A stretch of 63,385 bases of DNA, filler included, from Octopus bimaculoides (Eukaryota): assembly GCF_001194135.2 (NCBI RefSeq). It is 3 parts of 3 records of this genome, joined end to end, with 100 filler letters (N's around TTAATTAATTAA, not from the genome) between each part and the next. Parts side by side here need not be neighbours in the genome. Positions count along the whole stretch, not along the records: positions 27,016 to 47,182 come from NC_069005.1; positions 47,283 to 63,385 come from NC_068995.1; 1 more part is not named here. The stretch is one strand, 5' to 3'. A program made the translations under genes and the position numbers. Below the pieces are notes generated by a model. It was not told the DNA's origin and searched no databases. It saw only the letters and a list, made by a program, of their open reading frames with translations. This document shows positions 41,110-52,699 of the stretch, in pieces (the first letter of the stretch is position 1; each line of letters begins with the position of its first letter).

Positions 41110-42009
41110 TATGTGATGATGGTGATGATGATGGTGATGGTGGAGGCGATAAAGATGGAGCTGGTGGAGACGATGATGATGATGATGATGATGATGGTGA
41201 TGATGGTGATGGCGAGTTACTATGGTGATGGTATTGATGAAAATATGAAGGCTGTGAGGGTGGTGATGATGATGGTGATGATAGTGGTGATGGGGAGGCA
41301 GTGGTGTTGGTGGTGACAATGGTGGCAGTGGTAGTAACAGTGATGGTGGTAGTTGTGATGGTGGCGGTGGTGGTGGTGGTGGCGGCGGTGGCACTGATGG
41401 TATTGGTGGATGCTGGCAGCATGACAAACTAGAAACTAGTCATGGAAATTCAATAGAGCTGAAAAAAACCATCACCACCACCACCACTACAACTACCACC
41501 ACTACTACTACAGCCACTACTGCAACAGTCACCAGCCTCACCTCCACCTTCACCCCCCCCTCCATCAACAACCATCATTGTCATTATCACTGAGGTCAGC
41601 ATTGCCTTTCATCCTTTCAGGGTCGACAAAGCAAGTACCAGTTAAGTACTAGGGGGGAGAGTCAATGTTATCAGCTAACCGAGTCCACTTTGTACAGTGG
41701 TTGGTGACAGGAAGGGCATCCAGCCAGGGAAAGCAAACCAAATGGTACCATACAGGCAGTGGTCGATGAGAACAGTGGCTTCTTGATAGAAACTGACTCG
41801 GATGACTACGACGGCTGAACACTAAAGCCATGGACAGTATGGGAAATGAAGTGGGGGGGGACACGATGATGGTGATGGTGATGATGATGAACATGGTGGT
41901 TGTGGAGCGGGGTGGGGGATGATGGTGAAGGTGATGAGTCATTAGGAAACAGAGACAAATGACATTTTGTGGAGGAACATGGAATATGTGGTGGTGATGG
42001 TGATGATGA

Positions 42010-42048
<39 letters not shown>

Positions 42049-42182
42049 TGTTGCTGCTGCTGGTAATGATGCTGATGATGGTTGTCATGATGATGATGAT
42101 GATGACAATAATGATGATGATGGTGGTGGTGATGCTGATGGTACTGGTGATGATAATGATGGTGGTGGTGGTGGTGATGACA
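41110..42182. repeat. Degenerate (GAT)n/(GGT)n/(CAC)n trinucleotide region
   Basis: Direct reading; source of the poly-H, poly-D and poly-M ORFs. Confidence 0.9.
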
Positions 42183-42500
42183 CTTCACAGCATCTGAACT
42201 TATTGAACCCCTTCAGGATGTCTCCCGGGGACTAACAATTATTACCAATATAGATCCGCTGATAGTTTCACAGGAATTTTCTGGATTTCAACCTCCGTCA
42301 ACTTCCTCTGTCGGCTGAGAATAAAGCCCTCCCTACTCACCCCCACCCAACCCATCACGAGACACACGGTTCTCCTCCACTCTTAATCAACTGGTCCTTG
42401 TGCATTTCGCACCTTTGAGGAATGTCCAGGATCTGGTGGTCTCCAGCCAGTTCTTTATCCATTTTCTTTCTTCCAATGTGGAGTCGGAGTCGTGGAGTCC

Positions 42501-42824
42501 AAGTCAGAAACAATTAAGGGGTAGCTGAAGTCAGGATCAGAGTCGGAAACAATTAAGGGGTAGCTGGAGTCAGGATCAGAGTCGGAAACAATTAAGGGGT
42601 AGCTGGGGTCAGGGTCAAAGTCGGAAACAATTAAGGGGTAGCTGGGGTCAGGGTCAGAGTTGGAAACAATTAAGGGATAGCTGGAGTCAGGATCAGAGTC
42701 GGAAACAATTAAGGGGTAGCNNNNNNNNNNTAAGGGGTAGCTGGAGTCAGGATCAGAGTCGGAAACAATTAAGGGGTAGCTGGAGTCAGGATCAGAGTCG
42801 GAAACAATTAAGGGGTAGCTGGGG
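42501..42824. repeat. 39 bp minisatellite
   Basis: Unit TGGAGTCAGGATCAGAGTCGGAAACAATTAAGGGGTAGC; 7 full copies plus partials, with a 10-N gap inside so copy number is uncertain. Confidence 0.95.
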
Positions 42825-43881
42825 TACACACACATACACAAATACAGACACACACACACACGAATACAAACCACATACACACACAAACATATACACCACA
42901 CAAATACACACACACACACACAAATGCAAACCACATACATACACACAAGCACACACACACACAAACATACATACTATATACACCAGACACACACACACAC
43001 GTGCACACACACTCACACACGTATACAGTACACAAGCACCAGACAGATACAGCGTTTGGTGCACAGCGGAATTAAGAACGGAGAAACTCAGGGGTGAAGT
43101 TGTTTGTTGTGAATGGTAGGAAGGGGGTGGGTGGGNNNNNNNNNNNNNNNNNNNNNNNNNNNNNNNNNNNNNNNNNNNNNNNNNNNNNNNNNNNNNNNNN
43201 NNNNNNNNNNNNNNNNNNNNNNNNNNNNNNNNNNNNNNNNNNNNNNNNNNNNNNNNNNNNNNNNNNNNNNNNNNNNNNNNNNNNNNNNNNNNNNNNNNNN
43301 NNNNNNNNNNNNNNNNNNNNNNNNNNNNNNNNNNNNNNNNNNNNNNNNNNNNNNNNNNNNNNNNNNNNNNNNNNNNNNNNNNNNNNNNNNNNNNNNNNNN
43401 NNNNNNNNNNNNNNNNNNNNNNNNNNNNNNNNNNNNNNNNNNNNNNNNNNNNNNNNNNNNNNNNNNNNNNNNNNNNNNNNNNNNNNNNNNNNNNNNNNNN
43501 NNNNNNNNNNNNNNNNNNNNNNNNNNNNNNNNNNNNNNNNNNNNNNNNNNNNNNNNNNNNNNNNNNNNNNNNNNNNNNNNNNNNNNNNNNNNNNNNNNNN
43601 NNNNNNNNNNNNNNNNNNNNNNNNNNNNNNNNNNNNNNNNNNNNNNNNNNNNNNNNNNNNNNNNNNNNNNNNNNNNNNNNNNNNNNNNNNNNNNNNNNNN
43701 NNNNNNNNNNNNNNNNNNNNNNNNNNNNNNNNNNNNNNNNNNNNNNNNNNNNNNNNNNNNNNNNNNNNNNNNNNNNNNNNNNNNNNNNNNNNNNNNNNNN
43801 NNNNNNNNNNNNNNNNNNNNNNNNNNNNNNNNNNNNNNNNNNNNNNNNNNNNNNNNNNNNNNNNNNNNNNNNNNNNNNNNN

Positions 43882-44100
43882 NCTTATTAGACTGTGGCCA
43901 TGCTGGGGCACCACCTTCAAAGGTTGAGCCAAACAAATTGACACTGGTACAAATTTTTTTCTTCTTTTTTTTTTCTTGTACTTATTCTGTCGGTCTCTTT
44001 TTTGCCAAACCCCTAAGTTATGGGGGTGCAAACAAACCAACACCGGTTGCCAAGCGGTTGGAGGTGTCTGTGTGTGTGTGTGGGGGGGGACAAACACAAA
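43882..44100 (-). mobile_element. SINE family B 3' half
   Basis: gactgtggccatgctggggcaccacc...cccctaagtta...caccggttg..aagcg. Other fragments at about 2202-2290 and 4580-4700. Confidence 0.7.
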
Positions 44101-44199
44101 GACATATATAGTATAGTTGTGGAGAAGCATCATCGTGAGGCCTCAGTGCATTGAAACCATGTGCTTTCCTTCAACCTAAGTAATCAATAGGCATTTACA

Positions 44200-44420
44200 C
44201 ATTTTGTCCGAGTCACGAGTCACGACTGGTTGAACTGAGAAGTCAAGTTCAGACCACTGACCGAAGAGGCATTGGCAACAGCTGCAAAGAAATGGGAGCG
44301 TTTGAGTTAATTTACTGCCACTGCCTCGGTACGTTCAGCTGTAAATAGGTAACACTGAGAAGCAGCAAAAGTGCAGAACAATTAACAGCTGTTAATTAAG
44401 CAGGGGCTTAATTATATTCA
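44200..44420. promoter_or_regulatory. Candidate enhancer: three CAGCTG E-boxes plus TAATT palindromes
   Basis: CAGCTG at 44279, 44336 and 44386; 18 bp palindrome at 44380-44397; overlapping 9 bp hairpin at 44393-44414. Confidence 0.35.
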
Positions 44421-44703
44421 TTTCATCTCCGTTGAAAACAGTAAGGTACATTTCTGTTTCCGGTCAATAAAAAGTCCAGCCATGGGGCCCATGGGACCTG
44501 CTTGGATTGTGAGTGGGGTAAGGGTGAGATTAAGGAAGGAACGACCACTTGCTCTTTCGAAAAAAAAAACAGTGCAGCAGATCAATTATTTTGTTCTAGA
44601 TCAGTGATATTGATTTTAGTTAACAATAAACAGCAACAGCCACTTTACAGGGCAATAAAATTTGTGTGTGTGTGTGTGTGTATACATACATACACATGCA
44701 CAC

Positions 44704-44736
<33 letters not shown>

Positions 44737-44825
44737 GTAGAATTCAGGAGGTGTCAGGGCGCAGAGGAGGACGTGTGGTTCGATAGAGCTACAAATATGC
44801 AAATAGGTCATTAATATACAACAGA

Positions 44826-44867
<42 letters not shown>

Positions 44868-45099
44868 CATCCATACCTCGCACTTGGACCTCTTCTCTTC
44901 ATGCTCCTCCCTCCCTCCTCTCTATCGAATTTATCACCCCCCGCCATCCCCCAATAGATATAAACACTATCCCCTATCATACATTCAACCTTCATCTTCT
45001 GAAGACAACACCATGACCCTCCTGCCTGAAGCTATCAAAATCCATGTCCATTGATACTCCACTCACCTCAGTTTTGTTACCTGTCTTTATCTTTTATCT

Positions 45100-45301
45100 T
45101 TTACTTGTTTCAGCCATTAGACTGCGGCCATGCTGGAGCACCGCCTTTAATCAAACAAATCGATCCCAGGACTTATTCTTTCTAAGCCTAGTACTTATTC
45201 TATCGGTTTCTTTTGCCGAACTGCTAAGTTACAGGGACGTAAACACACCAGCATTGGTTGTCAAGCGAAGTTGGGGGGACAAACACAAACACACATATAC
45301 A

Positions 45302-45367
<66 letters not shown>

Positions 45368-45530
45368 CGACAGGCTTCTTTCAGTTTCCGTTGACCAAAT
45401 CCACTTACAAGGTTTTGGTTGGCCCGAGGCTATAGAAGAAGGCAGTTGCCCAAGGTGCCACACAGTTGGATTGAACCCGGAACCATGTGGTTGGTAAGCA
45501 AGCTACTGACCACACAGCCACTCTTGCGTT
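45100..45530 (-). mobile_element. SINE family B copy, near full length
   Basis: Reverse of the 6860-7235 type, with (TA)n at about 45290-45365 between the two halves. Confidence 0.8.
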
Positions 45531-45969
45531 TATATATGTGTATATGTATTATACATAAATATATGTATGTGTTTGTGTGTGTGTGTGTGTATGTGGATAG
45601 TAGATGTAGCTAATATCTATGGAGATTCTTCTTTTCTGACCAAGGTCAAGCATGATTCAGTAAATCTATGATAAAAGACATTTCAGCCACGACCATCGCA
45701 TCTTTCATTTTGTTTTTTTTTTTCCTAATCAGGTAATAGGGGTGATTTTGGCTGCTATTTCCAGCTGGTCAAGCCACCAAGTTTGAGGCTCTTCATAAGC
45801 ACATGACAGAGGATGTTGTAAAACTGGGTGAGTGTATATGGGAAGAAGGCAGAGGCGGGGGTAAGGGATGAGGGGGTGGGAGGTATCTGAGCAAGTGGCT
45901 GCGTGTGTAAAAGTGTGTCAGGTTATGTGTGCATATGACTGCATATGTGCGTGTGTGTGTGTGTATGTG

Positions 45970-46030
45970 TGTGTGAAAGAGTGTGTGTGAAAGAGTGTGT
46001 GTGAAAGAGTGTGTGTGAAAGAGTGTGTGT
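45970..46030. repeat. 12 bp tandem repeat (GTGTGAAAGAGT)n
   Basis: Four to five consecutive units. Confidence 0.85.
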
Positions 46031-46089
46031 GAGTGAACAAGTGAGTGTATATACATAGGCGCATTGTAAGTGGGTGTATAACGTTTTTC

Positions 46090-46243
46090 ATCCTGAACAC
46101 TTGTATTCACTACAACTGTATGCGTGTATGTATATATACATACGTATATCTGTGTGTGTGTATGTGTGTGTGCATGTCTGAATGTATATGTGTGTGCATA
46201 TATGTATATATGTGTGTATGTATATATATATATATATATGATG

Positions 46244-46288
<45 letters not shown>

Positions 46289-46293
46289 ATATA

Positions 46294-46352
<59 letters not shown>

Positions 46353-47378
46353 GTATATATATGTATGTATGTCGACTCTCTCCAAATCCCTTATGCATAT
46401 TTATATGCATGTACATATATATGGGTGTGTATGAGGTTGTGTGTGTGCAGGGGGTGAATGTTTATATATATATATACACACACACACAAGTATGTACATG
46501 TATACACATGCTTGTGAGGTGTGTATGTGCGTGTGTGTATGTATAACGCAATGCAACTAACAATTTTCTTCCAACTCAATACACATAAACAAAATTGACT
46601 GCCCTACTTAAGTGCAGACACTTTACACATCAATATAACACACACACACAAATATATCGTCATCATCATCACCGTAGTTGTTTTACATCCTCTCCCCATT
46701 CTGGCAGGGGTCGGAAGGGCCCTTCACAGTCCAAGCCAGTTCAAGAGTTACTCAACTCTTAATGTCGTTTGGGAGTCTATATTACACTTATGCTTTATAC
46801 ATAACACATGCGTGTGCGTGTGTGTGCATGTGTGTGTATCTATATATATACACACACACAAATACATATATATACATACATTATATATATATATATATAT
46901 ATATACCTCATCACCATCGTCATGGTTTATATATGTATATTATATGAATATTTCCTCCATGGCTGAGAGATCAGGTATCCAGATAGATATGCCTTTGATT
47001 ACACTATCGAAGGTAGATTTATGATGATTAGGTTCTACGTTAATATACCTGAGGTATTAATTAGGTCTACCGTAGGCAGAGCATAGTGAAGATTTTAAAT
47101 CTAAAGTAACATTAGAAAGTTAGCTATTTTGTAAGCGTTTCCAAAGAAGATAAATAAATTAAAATTAGCAAAAAAAAAAAAANNNNNNNNNNNNNNNNNN
47201 NNNNNNNNNNNNNNNNNNNNNNNNNNTTAATTAATTAANNNNNNNNNNNNNNNNNNNNNNNNNNNNNNNNNNNNNNNNNNNNATATACATACATATATAT
47301 ATATATATATACATAGATATATATATACACAGATATATATATACACATATATATATACACACATATATATATACACAC

Positions 47379-47413
<35 letters not shown>

Positions 47414-47620
47414 AACATACACATATATATACATAGATATATATACACATATAGACATACATATATATATATACTCATATATACATACATATATACTCAT
47501 ATATACATACATAAATATATATATACACGTATACTTACATATATATACACATATACATACATATACATACACATATACATACATATATATATATATACAC
47601 ACATACACACACACACACAT
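46090..47620. repeat. TA/CA-rich low-complexity tracts
   Basis: (TA)n and (TACA)n mosaics at 46090-46370, 46800-46905 and 47283-47620; similar at 36730-37340. Confidence 0.9.
47183..47282. other. Artificial scaffold spacer (44 N + TTAATTAATTAA + 44 N)
   Basis: Same construct; 12-mer at 47227-47238. Confidence 0.9.
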
Positions 47621-47689
47621 ATAAGTTTATAAAGATATTCTCTTGCATTTCAAAATGGGGAACGAAACAGATACTTCGGTCGTAATTCA

Positions 47690-48625
47690 TAATCTGGATT
47701 CTCTTTGCTCATGTTACTGATATCAATTCTATGTAGTTGGGTAATTGGTGATTCCTCCAGCACAGAATTTTTCAGCTTTAAAAGGGAAGAAACACTCAAT
47801 ATCCTTTTTAAATTCATCATAATAAACTCTCCTTTTTTCAAAATAATGTCAAGAATCTGAAAAAGACTATAGTCTGATGGAGCAACGTTTGATGATGAAG
47901 GTGGATGAGGCATGCCCCTTCACAATTCATCAATGGTGAGTGCTCTGTTTGCAAATTTTTGTGTAATGCGCTTTCAAATGATGACAGAACGTCTCTGAAT
48001 TATCTGCTTCACTTTGGTTTAACACTTCATGATAGACAACACTCCTTATATCCCACCAAACAAAGAGCATAACATTTCACGTGTAGTCCTGGCTTGAGGA
48101 TGCACTCTCCTTTTTCAGTGGATGCTAACCACTATTGTTTTGGTTGGATATGTTTTTTACAGAACCCCTGTTTCATCAGTTGTTATGATTCTACCCAGGA
48201 AAAGTTCAGTAGCAAGCCTAGTCTTCTAAGACAAGCAGAAGACTGTTCTTTGATTCAAGTGGGAGGCAGTGAAATGATGAGGGACCCACTCACCAATTTA
48301 GACATTTTTTCTAGTTCATGAAGGTGTTTTATGATCAAAGTGACTCGAATTGACCTGTATTGCTAACTGTTGAACAGTTTGCTTTGAATTTTCCTCACCT
48401 ACAGTTTTCAGAAACTCAATCTTTACAGAATTGGCTATCCAGATTGAGGGTAATCTGTTAGAGGAAAACTTCGACTGAAAACAGCTAAACGATCATTGCA
48501 TATCCAGACACTTAACACTTCATTTCCATAGACAGAAAGAATATTTTTGTTGCTTCCATTACTGAAGAGCCCCTTTTGAATTCATACAGCATGCAATGTC
48601 TGATATGGGTCTGTTCTAAACTCAT
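47690..48625 (-). pseudogene. Decayed mariner (Tc1/mariner) transposase
   Basis: ATG at 48625: MSLEQTHIRHCMLYEFKRG...; WVPHHF (WVPHEL motif); FLGRIITTDET; VMLFVWWDIRSVVYHEVL; PHPPSSSNVAPSDYSLF (YSPDLAPSDY motif). Stops, frameshifts and loss of the HDNARPH segment. TIRs not resolved. Confidence 0.88.
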
Positions 48626-49536
48626 TTTAAAAGAGTAATAATATGAATTTAACCACTATAGTATAAAGTAATCTGCAAAAGAAGAAAAAAACATTAGATT
48701 GTAAAAATTAATGTTCTTTATAACTAAGTATTGAAAAAGTACCCTCAAAGTGATGTCATCAAAAATATGTAACAGAACTTTCTTTCCAACCTAATATATA
48801 TAGATACACACATATACACACACACAAATATACAAATGTTTGATGATCATTTTCCAATAGATTTGCAGGTTGGAAGCCTAAAACTACTTTTGCATAAGGA
48901 TGTGTAATGCAAGGTACTGGACACAGACAGGAATACATTTGGAGAATTGTAAAATATTTTGCATTGTAGAGCATGCTGGCATCGTTCTCCACAAGAATAA
49001 TGCTCAAAGAATCACTTTCATTGTGAAGTGGAGCGAAGGAAGATTCTGTTAAGTTGATAAATATCCTTTTGGCAAGGAATCATAAGAATTAATTGTACTT
49101 TGGATGGCAGGATACTTTCTAAGGACTAGGCAACATATGAATTCATCTGTTGGGATTCAAATATAATGTGTTCTTGCATGCAAGTTTCTTGCTAGAAAAA
49201 TGCTGCTCTTGTTTTATAGGTGGATGTTCCTTGAGATGTTGTACACTTTGTTTTTCTTACTTGCCTGAAAAGTTTTAACACAGCTATGAGAAAACCACTT
49301 AGGTATTGAGTTTTTCTTGGGTGTGGGGCATGCCTAAACAGACAGTTTCAGTTACATGTCCAGTGGTATATGATGGCTGAAGATTGAAGCACATATGCCA
49401 GCTGCAGTAGATGACAAAACTGGTAGAGTTCCAGCCAGGTGGCTATCCTAAATTGCCATAGGGTGCAGGAGTGCTGTATGGTATATGGATGTGCATTGTG
49501 TAGTTGCAAAGACTTTATGGGTACAGTTACTGTTTG

Positions 49537-49608
49537 ATAGGTGAGAAAGATATCCAAGTCGAAGGTGAGAAAGATATCAAAGTCGAAGGTGAGAAAGATA
49601 TCAAAGTT
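49537..49608. repeat. 24 bp tandem repeat x3
   Basis: Unit GAAGGTGAGAAAGATATCAAAGTC with minor variants. Confidence 0.9.
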
Positions 49609-49835
49609 GTCAGTGTGGGGTACATGTAGGGAATGAGACAAGATGATGCAAACAGGTAACATAAATGATTCAGTTTCTGAACTAGCTGTATCAATATGGA
49701 ATGATTGCAAGAGCCACAAAATCTTGTGAGTGTTAATGTCAATGAATACAAAAACATTGGAAAGAGCTCAAGAGAAATATGGTCTGACTCTTAAATTCCC
49801 ACAGCGCTTTCTCTTCCAATATTGTTGGAAAATAG

Positions 49836-49885
49836 AAATTTTAATGAAATGCAGTTATAAAAATTTTAATGAAATGCAGTTATAA
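49836..49885. repeat. Exact 25 bp tandem duplication
   Basis: AAATTTTAATGAAATGCAGTTATAA x2. Confidence 0.9.
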
Positions 49886-51433
49886 TAAAAATCATGAAAA
49901 TATGACAATTGCAAGAATTTGGCTGAAACTTGCTGATATGATATGATGTATTGATTGTTGTTGTTGACTTTTTGCCTGATGATGTATCACTTTCACCTGC
50001 CCATGTAGGATGAATATGGATGGGTTGATTATGTTTCAATATTTTCGCATATATTTACAAAATATCAATTCTTGTGCATCAGTTTCATATCTCAGAAATG
50101 AATATATGTTCTAGTAGTCACTCTAACTTAGAAGCTGCACAACTATAATCAGGAAAAGCATTCTGGGAAAGTCCATCTCCTTATGATGTGCATACCTTGG
50201 GATCACTCATTCTAGACAAACAGTTTTTCAAGAAAAAGTTGAAGAAACTACTTAATGGGTTTTGGGTTCGTATTCAAAAGTTTTGTAGGGCTCACATCAC
50301 TAATGGAAACATTGATGAGATGATCAATTACATGATCACCTATTGCTTAAAATCAATAAATCCTAATATCACTTATGAATACAAATGACACAGAAATATC
50401 ACTAATTATTTTCTCCAAGCTCACTTTTATCTATTAATAAATAATAACATCAGCCTATTCTAACTCACCAACTGAGGTATTAACTACTAAGGTACTCAAA
50501 AATTGAAGAAAGAAAAGAATTAAAAGAAATCCAATTGATAAAACATAAAAAATAAAGCACACAGTATAAAATGAGGTTGCCATGATGCTTAAAAATTGAA
50601 GGAAGAAAAAATTTCAAGAAATTCACTAAACAAATCACAAAGAATAAAAGAACAGTATAAAATGAAGCTAATTGTTTTCCTCTCACACAAGGGCTGATAT
50701 CCAGTTGAGAAAGGTGAGTAATAAGGATAATGGTATCTACATCAAAGCAGACACCACCTTAGTCAGTTTTTTTGTGAAATTAATTTAGCTTATGTTTAGC
50801 GTGAATAAGAGGCAGTTTGTGCCAAGAAACAGAACATGAGACCATCTTTTTCTAGAGAGACCTAACAACTGTACCTTGCCTTTGTTAATCTTCAGATGGT
50901 TTCAACGGGGTCTCTCATATAGTAATTTGATTGATGCTGAATAACTTGTATACTTCTGAAGTTAAATAGTTCCTCAGAACTGTATCCAAGATTTGTATAT
51001 GATTTTAGCAAAGTAAGGTTGACAGTATATTTTTGAAGTGTACTCAACTCATTTCTATTCTTTACAGTTCTTCAGATTAAACTCCTATGTTCAGTTAACT
51101 CTAGCAGACCAATAAAAAGCTAAAATTTTAAACGTGATGTATGCACAGGAGTTGTTAATCATACATGAAATTAGTCCATGGACTGCTGAGATAGCCTATG
51201 GTTGTTGGATTAACTAGTGCGGCTGATTACATTAGAATATATCATAAACTATTAAACACTCCACCTTCAATTTTGTTCAAATTTTTATAAAATTTACAGG
51301 AGCAACTCCAGAATGTATACCATTTCAAATATTACAAAAATATTTTGTTACCAACTAAGTTGTGACCCATGTTGTTTCTTTTTGTTTTTCCTTTATTTTG
51401 AAAATGTCATTTTAAAAAAGTAACAGTTTAACC

Positions 51434-51639
51434 AACCCTTCAGTGTTCAGATTTCCCTGTCAAATGTAATACTTATTCCCATTTGTCATACCTTATCTGG
51501 TAACTTTGAGCTTTCAATGATGTGATTGTTTCCTTTCAGAATAATATTGTAAGGTAAGCGAGAGGCTGGATCTGGCCAGTTTGAAGATAAAACAGATTAT
51601 TTTGGCCAGATATGGTCAATTTAAATGCTAAAGAGTTAA
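51434..51639. mobile_element. ~200 bp non-autonomous element with piggyBac-like ends
   Basis: Left aaccctt(c)ag and right atgctaaagagttaa resemble TTAA-CCCTTTAGCAT...ATGCTAAAGGG-TTAA termini. No coding capacity; ends are degenerate. Confidence 0.6.
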
Positions 51640-51689
51640 TGATGACTAAAGGACATCAACAAGGAAAGTATGAAAGTATCAGAACTTAC

Positions 51690-51821
51690 CAAATCAGCCT
51701 TTACTGAGGGCCGCTTGGATGGTACTGTTGGTTTTGCCCCTTTTTGGCCAGGAGTAGTCACTGTTACTTGACGAGGTTTATTGGTATCTCCAGCTAAAGA
51801 TGAAGAACTACCTTTTTTCTC
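51690..51821 (-). CDS. Isolated phase 0-0 coding exon of an unidentified gene
   Basis: ttttacag acceptor and gtaagt donor. 132 nt, open: EKKGSSSSLAGDTNKPRQVTVTTPGQKGAKPTVPSKRPSVKADL. GC-richer than the flanks; no recognised domain. Confidence 0.6.
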
Positions 51822-52209
51822 CTGTAAAAATTAAATACAAAATGTATTAGAAGGTTGGTTTTCTAAAGCAAAGCATATAATACATACTTTTTAAAATTGA
51901 AGCTTTTCTTCATGGCTGATAAAAAAAAAAATACCAAGCTAGACAAATAAATGATAATATACACACACACACACACGCACATACACACAGATACTTGGCA
52001 AAGAAGGCAATTCAATGAGTTTTTGAAGATTACTGTCTCCAACATTGATGCTTGAACTATAAACCTTATTAAGTATATGGCTAATATTTGGCTTAGATAC
52101 ATTGAAGAATTCTTGCATTCAAGAATATAAGAGTATTTGTTTCTAACTTGATTTCATTACACAGAGAATCACCAGAAACAAGATGGACAGTGTTGTGTCT
52201 CGGTGACAA

Positions 52210-52421
52210 TGTTAAGTCCTTCTTTGAACTCACTGCATATGCCACTTTATAAATCAGAAACAACACCTAACAAACAATATCTCTTCTCAACAACTTCTAT
52301 GACTATCTTCACAAAGCGCCTGTGCACACCACACTGTCCCCCACTGACAGTGCGCATGCACCTTTATACAGGTTTGGACAGTTGACTTGCTATCCCACAG
52401 CGGTGTCAGGATTTCACTACA
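52210..52421 (-). repeat. 3' LTR of the Gypsy element, preceded by a polypurine tract (52433-52422)
   Basis: Minus strand reads PPT AAAAAGGGGAGA, then TGTAGTG...GACTTAACA (TG...CA ends). Its distal ~45 nt match 56539-56582. The outer boundary is uncertain by ~15-20 nt. Confidence 0.75.
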
Positions 52422-52699
52422 TCTCCCCTTTTTGAGCTTGACCTTCGTTGGAAGTCAATATTTTTCCTTTATTTATTATTTTTATTACCACCTCTCCCCC
52501 ACCTTTTTTTTTCAATTCCCCGGAAATTGGAATATTTTTTTTTTGTTTTGGATCTACGTGCAAAAGTTCTGTTTGCTTTCTTTTCCTAGTCGCTGTAATC
52601 GTTGGTTTGATTATTCTTTGAGGTATTGGGACATCAAAAATGTCAAAGAAATTCCATTGGCTCTTCATGTCATATTCTTTCTTCCATAAACCTTTTTTC

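Noticed and set aside
41019-42235. Poly-His, poly-Asp and poly-Met ORFs resembling metal-binding proteins
   Set aside because: Direct consequence of (GAT)n/(GGT)n microsatellites; frames are interrupted by SINE fragments.
42501-42824. CRISPR-like array
   Set aside because: Units are contiguous with no unique spacers, there are no cas genes, and the context is eukaryotic.
48700-48730. Candidate mariner terminal inverted repeats (ctttataacta vs aagtttataaag near 47623)
   Set aside because: Match is short and AT-rich; cannot be distinguished from chance.
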